NCBI GenBank assembly: GCA_027324805.1
Contig: DAHVRZ010000003.1
Location: forward strand, 1,294 to 65,293
DNA from: Candidatus Parcubacteria bacterium
GTDB taxonomy: Bacteria > Patescibacteriota > Minisyncoccia > UBA6257 > 2-01-FULL-56-20
DNA length: 64,000 bases
Reading direction: 5' to 3'
The notes below the pieces were generated by a model. That model had not been told where the DNA came from. It ran no database searches and was given only the letters and a program-made list of their open reading frames with translations. Positions 36,468 to 46,522 of the stretch are shown here, in pieces. A program made the position numbers and the translations under genes. Numbering within the stretch: the stretch's first letter is position 1; each line of letters opens with the position of its first letter.

Positions 36468-38048
36468 ATGGATACATTAATAACACGGCTCGGATTTGGC
36501 AGGAAAAGGCTTATCATCACTGTCGTCGTCGTGCTTCTCGTCGTCGTGGGCATCTATTTTTTTATAGTGTCGAAGAGCGGCTCCAAATATCAGTTCGTAT
36601 CGGTTTCGCGCGGAACGATCACTCAGGTGGTGAGCGTGACGGGCAATACAACACCCATCCATAGCGTTGATCTTTCTTTTCCTTCCGGAGGCACAATCGT
36701 CGCAGTATATAAAAACGCCGGGGATAACGTGAGTTCCGGAGGTGTTCTCGTTGAGCTCGATACGAGAGGGCTTCAGGCTCAGCTCGCGCAGGCCCAGGCG
36801 CAGGTTGATTCGGCCCAGGCGACACTCGAGAACCTCCAGGCCGGTTCGACACAGCAGGATATCCAAGTGTCCCAGGCAGCCCTTGCCGCTGCTCGGCAAA
36901 CGCTCGCCAATACGTATATGAGCATTCCGAACGCCGTTATGGATGCGTATGCAAAAGCGAACGATGCGGTCCGAAACCAGATCGGCTCGTTCTACAGCAA
37001 TCCGGATTCAAGCAATCCCCAGCTTACGTTCCCGGTGAGCGATTCGCAGGTGGTCAATAATGCACAGAGTGAACGCGTCCAGGTGGGAGGAGAACTGAAT
37101 ACGTGGGCGACGGAGACCGCCGCGCTATCCTCCTCGACCGCCACCTATTCAACCTCGACACTCAAGGCGGCGATAGCGGCGTCGGCATCGCACCTTGCGG
37201 TCATTTCGATAATGCTCAATACCGATGCGACGGCAGTGGTGGATGCCACGGGTATGAGTGCGAGCTCCTCGGCCACTTACAAGAATGCCATTGCAAATGC
37301 CATTACTGAGGTGAATGGGGCGGCTGACGCAATCACAACCCTCCAGCAGAACATCGCTTCAGAAGAAGCGGCAATCCTGCAGGCACAGGCCCAGCTCAAT
37401 GTGACACTCTCGGGTTCGACTCCTCAGGCAATCGCTGCCCAGCAGGCTCAGGTGGAGCAGGCCCAGGCAAATGTGCAGGACATCAAAGTGCAGATCGCCA
37501 ATGCGACGCTCTCCTCCCCCATCAATGGCGTGGTTACGGTACAAAACGCTAAGGTTGGGCAGGTCGCGGTTGCCGGTCAGACGATTACGTCGGTTATTTC
37601 CAATAATAATTTCGAGGTTGATGCCTATGTTCCTGAAACGGATATCGGCAAAGTGGCGATCGGAGATGCCGTCGATATGACGTTCGATGCGTTCCCCGGC
37701 GAGACGTTTGCGGGCAAAGTCTTCTATATTGACCCGGCAGAAACGATACAGAGCGGCGTCGTGGATTATCTCGTGAAGGTATCGTTCAATACATTGGACA
37801 TGCGCATCAAAAGCGGACTTACGGCGAATCTCGATATAAAGACGCAGACCGATGAGAATGCCCTCATTCTTCCCCAGTATGCGGTCGTCCAGAATGTGAG
37901 CGGCACGTACGTGGATGTCCTCCAAAATGGCAAAGAGATGCAGATTCCGGTGACACTCGGCATACGTGACCAGAACGGCAACGTGGAGGTATCCTCGGGT
38001 GTAACGGAAGGCGAACAGGTCATCAATGTCGGATTAAAGACGCAATAG
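36468..38048 (+). CDS. MacA-like membrane fusion protein with an extended helical hairpin
   Basis: N-terminal TM, lipoyl halves (GGTIVAVYKNAGD; SPINGVVT), beta-barrel (VPETDIGKV). Confidence 0.88.
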   Translation: MDTLITRLGFGRKRLIITVVVVLLVVVGIYFFIVSKSGSKYQFVSVSRGTITQVVSVTGNTTPIHSVDLSFPSGGTIVAVYKNAGDNVSSGGVLVELDTRGLQAQLAQAQAQVDSAQATLENLQAGSTQQDIQVSQAALAAARQTLANTYMSIPNAVMDAYAKANDAVRNQIGSFYSNPDSSNPQLTFPVSDSQVVNNAQSERVQVGGELNTWATETAALSSSTATYSTSTLKAAIAASASHLAVISIMLNTDATAVVDATGMSASSSATYKNAIANAITEVNGAADAITTLQQNIASEEAAILQAQAQLNVTLSGSTPQAIAAQQAQVEQAQANVQDIKVQIANATLSSPINGVVTVQNAKVGQVAVAGQTITSVISNNNFEVDAYVPETDIGKVAIGDAVDMTFDAFPGETFAGKVFYIDPAETIQSGVVDYLVKVSFNTLDMRIKSGLTANLDIKTQTDENALILPQYAVVQNVSGTYVDVLQNGKEMQIPVTLGIRDQNGNVEVSSGVTEGEQVINVGLKTQ

Positions 38049-38051
38049 CGG

Positions 38052-38762
38052 ATGATCGACGTAAGGGATCTCAAGAAGGACTATATCGACGAAGGTGAGG
38101 TCACTTCGGCACTGCGGGGCGTCTCATTCACCATCAATAAGGGTGATTTTGTTTCCATCATGGGACCATCGGGTTCCGGGAAGTCCACGCTCGTGCAGAT
38201 ATTGAGCTTTCTCGACCGCCCCACCGGCGGAACGTATACGTTCTTTGGTCGGAAGACGGACGATCTTTCGGACATTGAGCTTGCCCATATCCGCAACAAA
38301 AGTATCGGATTCGTGTTTCAATCCTTCAATCTCCTGACGCGCCTCACCTCGTACGAAAACGTGGAGATCCCGCTCATCTACTCGGGTGTGCCGGTGGCAT
38401 CACGAAAAAAAATGATCGAGGATGCGATCCGTTCGGTCGGACTTGAGGAAAAAATATATGTGGAGACCGCGAAGTTGTCCGGTGGCCAGAAGCAACGCAT
38501 TGCGATCGCTCGCGCGCTCGTGAACGACCCCGACATCATCTTTGCCGACGAGCCGACCGGAAACCTTGATTCGGTCTCCGGCGCCCAGGTTATGAGCATC
38601 CTCGATGGTCTGAACCGCAATGGTCGCACCGTGATTCTTGTCACCCATGAGACCAATACGGCGGAATTCGCCGACAGGATCATCCGCCTCCGCGACGGGG
38701 TGCTTGAGAGCGATACGCCGGTCAAAAATCCCCATCGTTCCCGGGAACAATTTGCAAAATAA
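38052..38762 (+). CDS. ABC transporter ATP-binding protein (MacB/LolD family)
   Basis: GPSGSGKST, IGFVFQSFNL, LSGGQKQR, ADEPTGNLD. Confidence 0.94.
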   Translation: MIDVRDLKKDYIDEGEVTSALRGVSFTINKGDFVSIMGPSGSGKSTLVQILSFLDRPTGGTYTFFGRKTDDLSDIELAHIRNKSIGFVFQSFNLLTRLTSYENVEIPLIYSGVPVASRKKMIEDAIRSVGLEEKIYVETAKLSGGQKQRIAIARALVNDPDIIFADEPTGNLDSVSGAQVMSILDGLNRNGRTVILVTHETNTAEFADRIIRLRDGVLESDTPVKNPHRSREQFAK

Positions 38763-38776
38763 CCCACAACACGACA

Positions 38777-40024
38777 ATGCGCGTTTCCGACCTCGTACGA
38801 TCATCCAAAGCAACCCTGAAACACGGAAAGATGCGTTCGCTTTTGACGATGCTCGGCATCGTGATCGGTATCTCCTCCGTCATTATCCTCATGTCGATCG
38901 GCGCGTCTGCTCAGGACTATATTCTGAATCAGGTACAGGGACTCGGTTCGAACCTCGTCATCATCATCCCCGGCGGCTCGAATAACGGCCGCCTTTCGTC
39001 CCCCGCCCAAGCGCAGGGCATCATCATTACGAGCCTGAAGCAGCAGGATGCCGATGCGCTCGCGCGCGATCCATCGATATCGGCGGTGACGGAAGAGGTT
39101 CGGGGACAGGCTGCGGCCACGTTTCAGGACAACAGTCTGACCGTAACATTCGACGGCGTCCCCGCAAACTTTTTCACCGTACGCAACTTCGGCGTTGCAA
39201 AAGGCTATCCTTTTACCGCCGATGATGTTGCGTCATACAACCACGTTGCGGTCATCGGTTCGTCCCTTGCCGATACGCTCTTCGGGGCCGGATCAAATCC
39301 AGTTGGACAGTATATCAACGTAAAAAACATTCAATTCCGTGTGGTCGGGGTACTCGAGAAGAAAGGTACCGGTGCATTCGGTATCGACCAGGATAATCTT
39401 GTGCTGGTGCCGATCACGGTAGCGCAGACACAGATGCTGGGTATCACCTATTTCAACGACATCATGGTACAGGCGAACGATGCCTACAATATCGATTTCG
39501 TGAAAGCGCGCGTCCAAACAATTCTGGAGCAAGACCACGGGATTACCGACCCCAATAAGGATGATTTCACCATCGAAACCCAGCAGGACGTTCTGTCGCT
39601 CCTTGGTAATATCACATCCATATTGACGCTTTTTCTCGCCGCAATAGCCTCCATCTCGCTCATTGTCGGCGGCATCGGTATTATGAACATCATGCTCGTT
39701 TCGGTCATTGAACGTACGCGGGAGATCGGACTCAGGAAATCCGTCGGCGCGACCGACGGGGATATCCTTCAGCAGTTTCTTGTAGAATCGGTCATGCTCA
39801 CGTTCGTAGGCGGAGTGATCGGTATCGCGCTCGGTGCGCTTGTCGTAAGTGCGGCATGGCTTATTATCAATAATATTGCCGCCATCTCCTGGACCTTCGA
39901 GTTCCCGCTTTCCGCGATTATGCTCGCAGTCGCCGTATCGTCCGTGACCGGCATCGCGTTCGGACTTTATCCCGCGCGGCAGGCGGCAAAGAAAAGTCCA
40001 GTGGAAGCTCTTAGGTACGAATAG
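38777..40024 (+). CDS. MacB/FtsX-family ABC permease
   Basis: RSLLTMLGIVIG, GGIGIMNIMLVSVIERTREIGLRK, LYPARQAA..PVEALRYE. Confidence 0.94.
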   Translation: MRVSDLVRSSKATLKHGKMRSLLTMLGIVIGISSVIILMSIGASAQDYILNQVQGLGSNLVIIIPGGSNNGRLSSPAQAQGIIITSLKQQDADALARDPSISAVTEEVRGQAAATFQDNSLTVTFDGVPANFFTVRNFGVAKGYPFTADDVASYNHVAVIGSSLADTLFGAGSNPVGQYINVKNIQFRVVGVLEKKGTGAFGIDQDNLVLVPITVAQTQMLGITYFNDIMVQANDAYNIDFVKARVQTILEQDHGITDPNKDDFTIETQQDVLSLLGNITSILTLFLAAIASISLIVGGIGIMNIMLVSVIERTREIGLRKSVGATDGDILQQFLVESVMLTFVGGVIGIALGALVVSAAWLIINNIAAISWTFEFPLSAIMLAVAVSSVTGIAFGLYPARQAAKKSPVEALRYE

Positions 40025-40025
40025 C

Positions 40026-40064
40026 AAAAAATCCCCGCATCATCGTTCGGGATGCGGGGATTTT
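40026..40064. terminator. Bidirectional terminator
   Basis: AAAATCCCCGCATC-9nt-GATGCGGGGATTTT between convergent genes. Confidence 0.85.
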
Positions 40065-40073
40065 GTGTGGCTA

Positions 40074-40496
40074 TTATTTCCTTCGGACCACCTTCTTTTT
40101 CACTGCCTTCGTTGCTGCGGAACGTCGGCGGACCGCTTTTTTGGGAGCCGCCTTCCCCTTGGCAAACTGCTGTGCATTCTTCTGTATCGCATTCCATTGC
40201 GCCTTGAGTTCCTTGCCGGCGACAACGAGATCGCGCGCGCTCACATCTTCAAGAGAACCGTAGTGCTTGATAACTTCGTCGACAATTGTCTTGTACTGCG
40301 CTTCGCCAAGGCGTTTGGCGGCCTTTGTTCTTTTGGCCACCTCAACGCGTGCCTTCTTTGCCCACGACTTCATTTTCGCCTGGTTCTTTTTGTCCGAAAG
40401 GAGATATGCGCCTGCCGATGCGGCGAGCAACGCCGCCGTGATCGCGCCGCCGATTTCGGCACCTTTCACTATTTTTGCCTTTTTTGCCTTATTCAT
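40074..40496 (-). CDS. Basic Lys/Ala-rich protein (YtxH-like N-terminus)
   Basis: GGAITAALLAASAGAYLL segment, Lys/Arg-rich tail KAAPKKAVRRRSAATKAVKKKVVRRK. Confidence 0.75.
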   Translation of the reverse strand: MNKAKKAKIVKGAEIGGAITAALLAASAGAYLLSDKKNQAKMKSWAKKARVEVAKRTKAAKRLGEAQYKTIVDEVIKHYGSLEDVSARDLVVAGKELKAQWNAIQKNAQQFAKGKAAPKKAVRRRSAATKAVKKKVVRRK

Positions 40497-40506
40497 AATA
40501 TGAATC

Positions 40507-40803
40507 TTATTTCCTTGTCTTTGATACCGACCTTTTTGATGATGGCTTGACCCTCTTCATGAGTGTTTTGAAAAAAAGCATGAGCCGCTCCAGTCGAAAC
40601 CCTTCGCGTTTTACATCATCGCGCAGGCCGGCAATGTCCCCGCGGAACAATATCGTTTCTTCCTTCACTTGTTTCGTTATCTCGCGCACGTCGGAAAGGA
40701 CTTTTGAGAGATAGATCAGCGCAACCGTAAGAGCCGTTCCGACAAGGACAACCACGATGGTCGTCACGAAGAAAAAGATATCCGCATGGATCAGTGTGCT
40801 CAT
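40507..40803 (-). CDS. Small membrane protein (TM plus coiled coil, DUF948-like)
   Basis: ADIFFFVTTIVVVLVG TM then a heptad helix; TGGTATAAT 6 nt upstream. Confidence 0.72.
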   Translation of the reverse strand: MSTLIHADIFFFVTTIVVVLVGTALTVALIYLSKVLSDVREITKQVKEETILFRGDIAGLRDDVKREGFRLERLMLFFKTLMKRVKPSSKRSVSKTRK

Positions 40804-40844
40804 AGGAAGATTATACCACAGAAAAAACGGCGTACATCATATCT

Positions 40845-42011
40845 TCATATCCCCAATCGATCAAGAGCCTTCCGCTTGTCCGCAAGCGGGAGGCGGGTTT
40901 TTCGCACGGCTTCGCCGAGTATTGATATTGTTTGGTCGTACGTGCGCCGATCGACGGGATACGGGGTTGCGTCCTTGCCGCCGTGAGCAAAGCTATAGCG
41001 CGCCGGATCCTCGTATGATGGCGCCGCCCCGTAAATGATCTCGCCGACGAGCGCGAGAGCCCGGACAGTCTTTGCGCCGACGCCTTCCGTCGCCACGAAT
41101 TTCTCATAATTCTCCGGTTTTTCGTCGGTTACTTTCGCCAATATTTTTTCAAGATAGTTGCTTTTGGCGAAATCCTCATGGATGACGGGATGATATTTGA
41201 ACTCGCTCGTCTCGAGATTGAGAAGGGTAAGCTGCTGGCTCGGTCGGCCATCGCCGCCGATCCGAACCTTTGCCATTTGGGAAAGCCGTGATGAATATTT
41301 TCTGAGAAGCTGGATATCTTTCATGAGTGTCGCGTAGCCTGCTTTCACGAGTTCCGTCGAAATATCGCGCGATTTGTCGCTTTTCGCCGCGCTCATATCA
41401 AGTACGGTCTTTAATGTGATCGGCGACGATATGCCCGAATGCGGATCGGAAACGAGATCGCTCACGTTTTCCGAAAACCAATGATATCGCCGCGCCGTCT
41501 GTGCTTCGGTATTCATTCCCTGCTGTACGACCGCCCATGCACCATTACGCGAAAAAAAGAATGCATGATGGTAAAGTTGGAAACCGTCCTGCACGAGCGC
41601 GGAATCCACTTTCGCGCTCATCTTCGAGTTATAGACGAGATTATTCGTCTGTGAGACGGGTAATGCCAGCCGTTCGCCCCATTGCATAATCTCGTCCGGC
41701 GTTTTGCGGGATGTCTTTCCTTTGCCGCCCGCGATCACGATACCGAAGTCCGCTTCATGTCCGCGGATTGCTTCTTTGAGTGCCGCAGTGAGAATCGTGG
41801 TGAGCCCACTCGCGTTCCAATCGAACGCGAGTACTGTTCCGAGCGACTGGAACCAAACCGGGTCGGCGATCCGCTTCACAAATTCATCCGGACCGTATTC
41901 GGCAACGAGCACATACATCATTTCGCGCCCAAGCTTCACCATACGCTCGAAAAGCCATGGCGGACAATGGCCGCTGTCGAGTCCGAACGAGGCTATCCCG
42001 CGCTGGATCAT
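40845..42011 (-). CDS. DUF763 family protein
   Basis: GHCPPWLFERM, DPVWFQS, FDWNASGLTT, WAVVQQGMN, FAHGGKD..PYPVDR. Confidence 0.85.
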   Translation of the reverse strand: MIQRGIASFGLDSGHCPPWLFERMVKLGREMMYVLVAEYGPDEFVKRIADPVWFQSLGTVLAFDWNASGLTTILTAALKEAIRGHEADFGIVIAGGKGKTSRKTPDEIMQWGERLALPVSQTNNLVYNSKMSAKVDSALVQDGFQLYHHAFFFSRNGAWAVVQQGMNTEAQTARRYHWFSENVSDLVSDPHSGISSPITLKTVLDMSAAKSDKSRDISTELVKAGYATLMKDIQLLRKYSSRLSQMAKVRIGGDGRPSQQLTLLNLETSEFKYHPVIHEDFAKSNYLEKILAKVTDEKPENYEKFVATEGVGAKTVRALALVGEIIYGAAPSYEDPARYSFAHGGKDATPYPVDRRTYDQTISILGEAVRKTRLPLADKRKALDRLGI

Positions 42012-42049
42012 GCCTTTATTATACTCCTTCGCCGAACCGAATTATCGGA

Positions 42050-43585
42050 TCATTGCTCCCCTTCCAAAAGCCTTGCAAGAAGGCGCACCGGCGTACCGAG
42101 ACCGCCTTTTGCGAGATGCTCCTCTTCGATCGAGGTCATGCGCGGCGCAATATCGAGATGAACCCAGGGATAGATCTGTTTCCCTTTTTCATCCTTCGTA
42201 AACTGCCAGAGAAATGTCGCTGCCGTACTTGCACCGCCGCCAGCGCCGGGCTTGCCCGCATTCGCCCAGTCAGCGAAGGTCCCTCGTATGTCATTTTCGT
42301 AATCGGCGGAAAGCGGAAGCGGCCATACGGGGTCGACGACCGCGTCGCCGAGCGCGCGGAACTTTTCCTCCAGTTCTTTGTCCGTGGTGAAAAGGCCCGT
42401 ATAGCGCAGACCGAGTGCTGCCATAGCGGCGCCGGTGAGGGTTGCGACATCGACGACAAGTGAAGGGTCGTATCTCTTTGCGTACTCGAGCGCATCCGAA
42501 AGGATCACGCGCCCTTCGGCATCCGTGTTCAATACCTCGATCGTTTTGCCGTTCATGGTGCGGAGAAGGTCGCCGGGGCGATAGCTCGATCCGGACGGCA
42601 TATTCTCGACTGCCGGAACGAGAGCTACGATGTTTTTTTTGACGCCCAGCCGCGCCGCAGCCGCAAGCGCATGGATCACTGCGGCTCCGCCGCTCATGTC
42701 CATATGCATCTCATAAATATGGTCGCTGCCTTTCAGGTTGAGGCCGCCGGTATCGAAGGTTACACCCTTGCCGACAAGCACGATCGGTTTCTCGCCCTTC
42801 GCGCCGGCCATGTATTCGAGGATGATGAAGCGAGGCGGTACCACCGAGCCTTGACCCACGCCAAGGACGCCGCCCATACCGAGCCTTTTCATTTCCGGTA
42901 CGCCGAGAATGGTCGCCTTTACGGCCTTACCGAGGGATTTGGCCGTATCCTGCGCGTGCTTCGCGAGCAGATCCGGCGTCATATCGCCGCCGGGCATGTT
43001 CTGCAGCGTTCGACACATGTTCGTCTCTTCGCCGATCACAAGGCCTCGGCGGATACCCTCTTTCATCGCGGCGAATTGCTCCTTTGAAGGTTCCTTTGGG
43101 ACAAGGAATTGTATTTCCGAAAGCGGCTTGGGTGCCGAAGGGGCTTTCGTCTTATATTCGTCGTAGGCGAAATTGGCCATGACGGCATTCGTCGAGCAAA
43201 CTTCATAAATGTCCGCGGTCATTGTCGCTGTCGGCGCAACGCCCGCTTCACAGGCGATGCGTGCGATATGTTCCCGCCGTGCGGTCTGCACCGCGATACG
43301 CACTCCCATAGCGGCAGCCTTCGTTTCCTTTGCCGCATCTCCCGACCGCGCCCCAAGCCCCACGGCAATGATCCGCCTTCCGGTTCCGGGAAGCGTGAAC
43401 ACCTTTGAATCCCCTTCTCTCAATTTCAATTGGTCCGCGAGGGCAGGGGCGGAAAGATACTTCCGTTCCGCCGCATTCAAAATCTTCCATAAAAGGCTGG
43501 CGGTCGGGGCTTCTTTCTCCCAAAGGAGGAATACCGGTGCGGCGTCCTTTTTCAGCGTATCGGAAATTAAAATGGAAAATGGCAT
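42050..43585 (-). CDS. pepA: Leucyl aminopeptidase (M17)
   Basis: VGKGVTFDTGG, MDMSGG, EVLNTDAEGRVIL, ATLTGA. Confidence 0.94.
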   Translation of the reverse strand: MPFSILISDTLKKDAAPVFLLWEKEAPTASLLWKILNAAERKYLSAPALADQLKLREGDSKVFTLPGTGRRIIAVGLGARSGDAAKETKAAAMGVRIAVQTARREHIARIACEAGVAPTATMTADIYEVCSTNAVMANFAYDEYKTKAPSAPKPLSEIQFLVPKEPSKEQFAAMKEGIRRGLVIGEETNMCRTLQNMPGGDMTPDLLAKHAQDTAKSLGKAVKATILGVPEMKRLGMGGVLGVGQGSVVPPRFIILEYMAGAKGEKPIVLVGKGVTFDTGGLNLKGSDHIYEMHMDMSGGAAVIHALAAAARLGVKKNIVALVPAVENMPSGSSYRPGDLLRTMNGKTIEVLNTDAEGRVILSDALEYAKRYDPSLVVDVATLTGAAMAALGLRYTGLFTTDKELEEKFRALGDAVVDPVWPLPLSADYENDIRGTFADWANAGKPGAGGGASTAATFLWQFTKDEKGKQIYPWVHLDIAPRMTSIEEEHLAKGGLGTPVRLLARLLEGEQ

Positions 43586-43587
43586 GG

Positions 43588-43872
43588 TTAAGCGAGATTT
43601 TTAAGATAATATTCTTCCGTCTCTTTGTGATAGCCCAATATCCCCATCGCGCAAAGCTGCTTCATTCCCTCGGAAAACGCCGATTCGGTGAATGCGGGAG
43701 TTCTTTTGTCGGCTTCGAAAACCTTTTTTAATTCGGCGGCGGTAAACGGGCGGCGGCTGATCGGATCGATGCCATTCTCTATGAAATTACCTATTTCCGC
43801 GGTTGCAACATCGGCATCGCTGATAACCTCATTGCCTTCGGGAAAACCGTTTTCGTATGAATTTGTCGCCAT
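43588..43872 (-). CDS. Hypothetical protein (winged-helix-like)
   Basis: 94-aa ORF filling the gap; ends LCAMGILGYHKETEEYYL. Confidence 0.55.
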   Translation of the reverse strand: MATNSYENGFPEGNEVISDADVATAEIGNFIENGIDPISRRPFTAAELKKVFEADKRTPAFTESAFSEGMKQLCAMGILGYHKETEEYYLKNLA

Positions 43873-43925
43873 ATCCCATCACTATCGCACAATCATTATA
43901 TGATGGCAATTCGATCCAAAAAACA

Positions 43926-45023
43926 TCAAAGAAGCCCACTCACATCCCGTATGGTGAGTGCGATCATCAGCGCAAGGAGGAGTGCAAAACCGATTCCGTT
44001 CACCCACGCCTCCACCTTATACGGCAGCGGCGACCGTTTGATCTTTTCGATAAGGATGACGACAAAACGTCCACCATCGAGCGCGGGGAATGGGATAAGG
44101 TTCACAACCATAAGATTGAGCGATATGACGCCGATGAATTGAAGGAGATATGCGAGGCCGATGCTGCCGGTCTCTTCGGCGACGGAAAATATTCCGACCG
44201 GGCCGACGATGCCGGCAGGGATGGATGCGTGCGTGAAGACCTGCTGGATGAGGGTCCAGAATGCTTGTATGGTCATGATGGAAATATCCCACGCAGCAAC
44301 GATTCCATCGCGGAATGCCGCGAAAACCCCTTCCCGCGGAGCGCCGCCTTCTTCGAGTGCCACGCCGATGGCGCCCTGATCAGGCCCGACATTCGTCCGT
44401 GGCGTCACCGTAAAGTCCAACTCTTTATTGTTCCTCAGAACGACAACCGTAACAGGCGTTCCTTTATGAGCATTGATGTAATCGATGAACGATTGCATGT
44501 TGGTGTAGCCTTTCACGATATCGCCCGCCTGGAAGCCTGCAGCTGCAGCAGGAGACCCCTGCTGGGTTCCGGCGATGATGAGCGATTGCGGCACGCCTAC
44601 CATGAGAACGATGGATATGAACAGCCATCCAAGAATGAAATTGGTGAAGACGCCCGCAAGAATGATCGCGCTCTTCTTCCATGCCGGTTGGGTATAGAAT
44701 TGGCGCCGAGGATCCGCAGGCGTTGCGGGAGTGATCGGCTTCGGCAGTGCAGGATTTCGCAATGCAGGATTGCCGGGATCTCCGCCTCCCTCAAGCATCT
44801 CGAACTCGCCGCGCTCGCCTGCAATCCGCACAAAACCACCGAACGGCAGCCAGTTTATGCTGTATTCCGTATCCCCGATCTTCTTGGCGGCGATGCGCGG
44901 CGGAAAACCGAAACCGAACTCGTCAACCTGGAGTCCGAAGATTTTCGCCGCAAAAAAATGGCCGGCTTCGTGACCGAGCACAAGGAGCGAAAGTCCGACG
45001 ATGACGATGATTGCGATCAGCAT
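43926..45023 (-). CDS. rseP: Site-2 protease RseP (M50) with PDZ domain
   Basis: HEAGH, FGFGFPP, PFGGFVRI, SPAAAAGFQAGD, NLIPFPALDGG. Confidence 0.92.
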   Translation of the reverse strand: MLIAIIVIVGLSLLVLGHEAGHFFAAKIFGLQVDEFGFGFPPRIAAKKIGDTEYSINWLPFGGFVRIAGERGEFEMLEGGGDPGNPALRNPALPKPITPATPADPRRQFYTQPAWKKSAIILAGVFTNFILGWLFISIVLMVGVPQSLIIAGTQQGSPAAAAGFQAGDIVKGYTNMQSFIDYINAHKGTPVTVVVLRNNKELDFTVTPRTNVGPDQGAIGVALEEGGAPREGVFAAFRDGIVAAWDISIMTIQAFWTLIQQVFTHASIPAGIVGPVGIFSVAEETGSIGLAYLLQFIGVISLNLMVVNLIPFPALDGGRFVVILIEKIKRSPLPYKVEAWVNGIGFALLLALMIALTIRDVSGLL

Positions 45024-45034
45024 GTATATGGATA

Positions 45035-45595
45035 TTATTCTCCAAGTTCGCCGATCTTATTCTTGAACATGCTTTCGATGTCGCCGTTCGCTTTATCGGT
45101 CGCCTTCTGGACCTTTTCGCGGCCACGGAAGTCGTCATCCTCGGTGATGATCCCGGAAGTCTTCGAATCCTTGAGGCGCTTCATTGCATCTTCGCGCCTC
45201 GCGCGGATCTGGATGCGCGCGGATTCCGCCATCTTGCCGACAAGTTTACCGAGCTCCTCCCTGCGTTCGTTTCCAAGCGGCGAAAGCGTGCAGCGGATAT
45301 TTTGGCCGTCATTCGTTGTTGAAAGGCCGAGATGGGCAGCTTCGATCGCTTTCACGATCGGCGCGGTCGCGCCGGAATCCCAGACGGTTATCTGGATCGT
45401 GCGTGGCGGAAGTACCGAAAGCGATCCAAGCTCACGAATGCTGAGCGTCTGGTCGTAAAGGCTGAGGCGGATATCCTGTACCATGTCCGGCGAAGGCTTA
45501 TTGCCTCTGATCTGCGCGATCTCCTGTTTGAATTTTCCGGTAACGCCGGCAAGAGCCGCCTCAAAATCTTTTATTATATCTTCCGTTATGGTCAT
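45035..45595 (-). CDS. frr: Ribosome recycling factor
   Basis: IRGNKPSP, ITVWD, NDGQNIR..LSPLGNERREEL; start MTITED. Confidence 0.9.
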   Translation of the reverse strand: MTITEDIIKDFEAALAGVTGKFKQEIAQIRGNKPSPDMVQDIRLSLYDQTLSIRELGSLSVLPPRTIQITVWDSGATAPIVKAIEAAHLGLSTTNDGQNIRCTLSPLGNERREELGKLVGKMAESARIQIRARREDAMKRLKDSKTSGIITEDDDFRGREKVQKATDKANGDIESMFKNKIGELGE

Positions 45596-45629
45596 TGAGA
45601 GAGGTTTTAATGGTGAAGACTCGCTTATT

Positions 45630-46499
45630 TTAACGCATAAGCGCTTCAAGCTGCAACCGTGGGTTTAATGTGAAGTTTCCCGCATTTTCCGAAAGGCGGA
45701 GGGCTTTATGCCAGAATGCCGCCTTGGCGGCCGAAGGGGTTTCCCAGGCAAGTACCGTGACGAGAGTCTCAAGGAATCTCCGCATGCTGAAATCTTCCGG
45801 CTCGATCAATTTCTTTATGAAGTCCTTGCGGGTTGCAGGCGTTGTTTTGATAAACTGTTCGGCGCGTTCAAGTTCGGCGCGGAATGCGTCGTCGTTTGCG
45901 AGTCGCCATGCAAGGCCTGGCTTCCCGAGTGCACGCTTTGCGAACGTCACTGCTTTTGTTTTTGCAATACCTTGGTCTTGGATAAGCCATCGCTCGACCG
46001 TCGCCCGTGGAATCGTCCCGAGATACAACCGGGGAAGGCGCGATAAGATCGTCGGGAGAATGGCATCCGGATCGGATGTGGCAAGGATAAGGAGGGATGA
46101 TGACGGAGGCTCCTCGGTGATCTTGAGAAGCGCGTTCTGCGCTTCGATCGTAAGGAGGTCGGCGTTGTCGATGACGAGCGTCCGCCGCATGCTCGTATTG
46201 GGCTTTTGCCAGAGGAAATTCTTTACTTCGCGTACGGCATCGATGCCTATCGTGTCGCCGCTCGCATCCGGATCGAGTCTGTGCATGAACGCAAGGTCGA
46301 TGACCTTAATATCCTGCAGTACCTCATTCTCAGCCGGCGGAGAGAATACTCCCTTCTCAAGGAATTTCCCGAGTGCGAGGGCGACGGTTCGTTTGCCGAC
46401 CATGGACGGACCATGAAAAATATAACCGTGACCGAGTCGGCCGGCTTCGATCAATCCATTCAGATCCTTGATGATTACTTCGTGGCCAATGAGTGCCAT
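45630..46499 (-). CDS. holB: DNA polymerase III delta-prime subunit
   Basis: HGYIFHGPSMVGK, IGIDAVR, AQNALLKITEEPP, ILPTILSR. Confidence 0.88.
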   Translation of the reverse strand: MALIGHEVIIKDLNGLIEAGRLGHGYIFHGPSMVGKRTVALALGKFLEKGVFSPPAENEVLQDIKVIDLAFMHRLDPDASGDTIGIDAVREVKNFLWQKPNTSMRRTLVIDNADLLTIEAQNALLKITEEPPSSSLLILATSDPDAILPTILSRLPRLYLGTIPRATVERWLIQDQGIAKTKAVTFAKRALGKPGLAWRLANDDAFRAELERAEQFIKTTPATRKDFIKKLIEPEDFSMRRFLETLVTVLAWETPSAAKAAFWHKALRLSENAGNFTLNPRLQLEALMR

Positions 46500-46522
46500 A
46501 TGGCCTTAGTTTAACGTAAAAC

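Noticed and set aside
26481..45458. Long antisense/overlapping ORFs (e.g. 26481-27968 minus, 43857-45458 plus; similarly 8010-9086, 10591-11817, 16129-17253)
   Set aside because: Shadow frames of well-supported genes in GC-rich sequence, with no recognisable motifs
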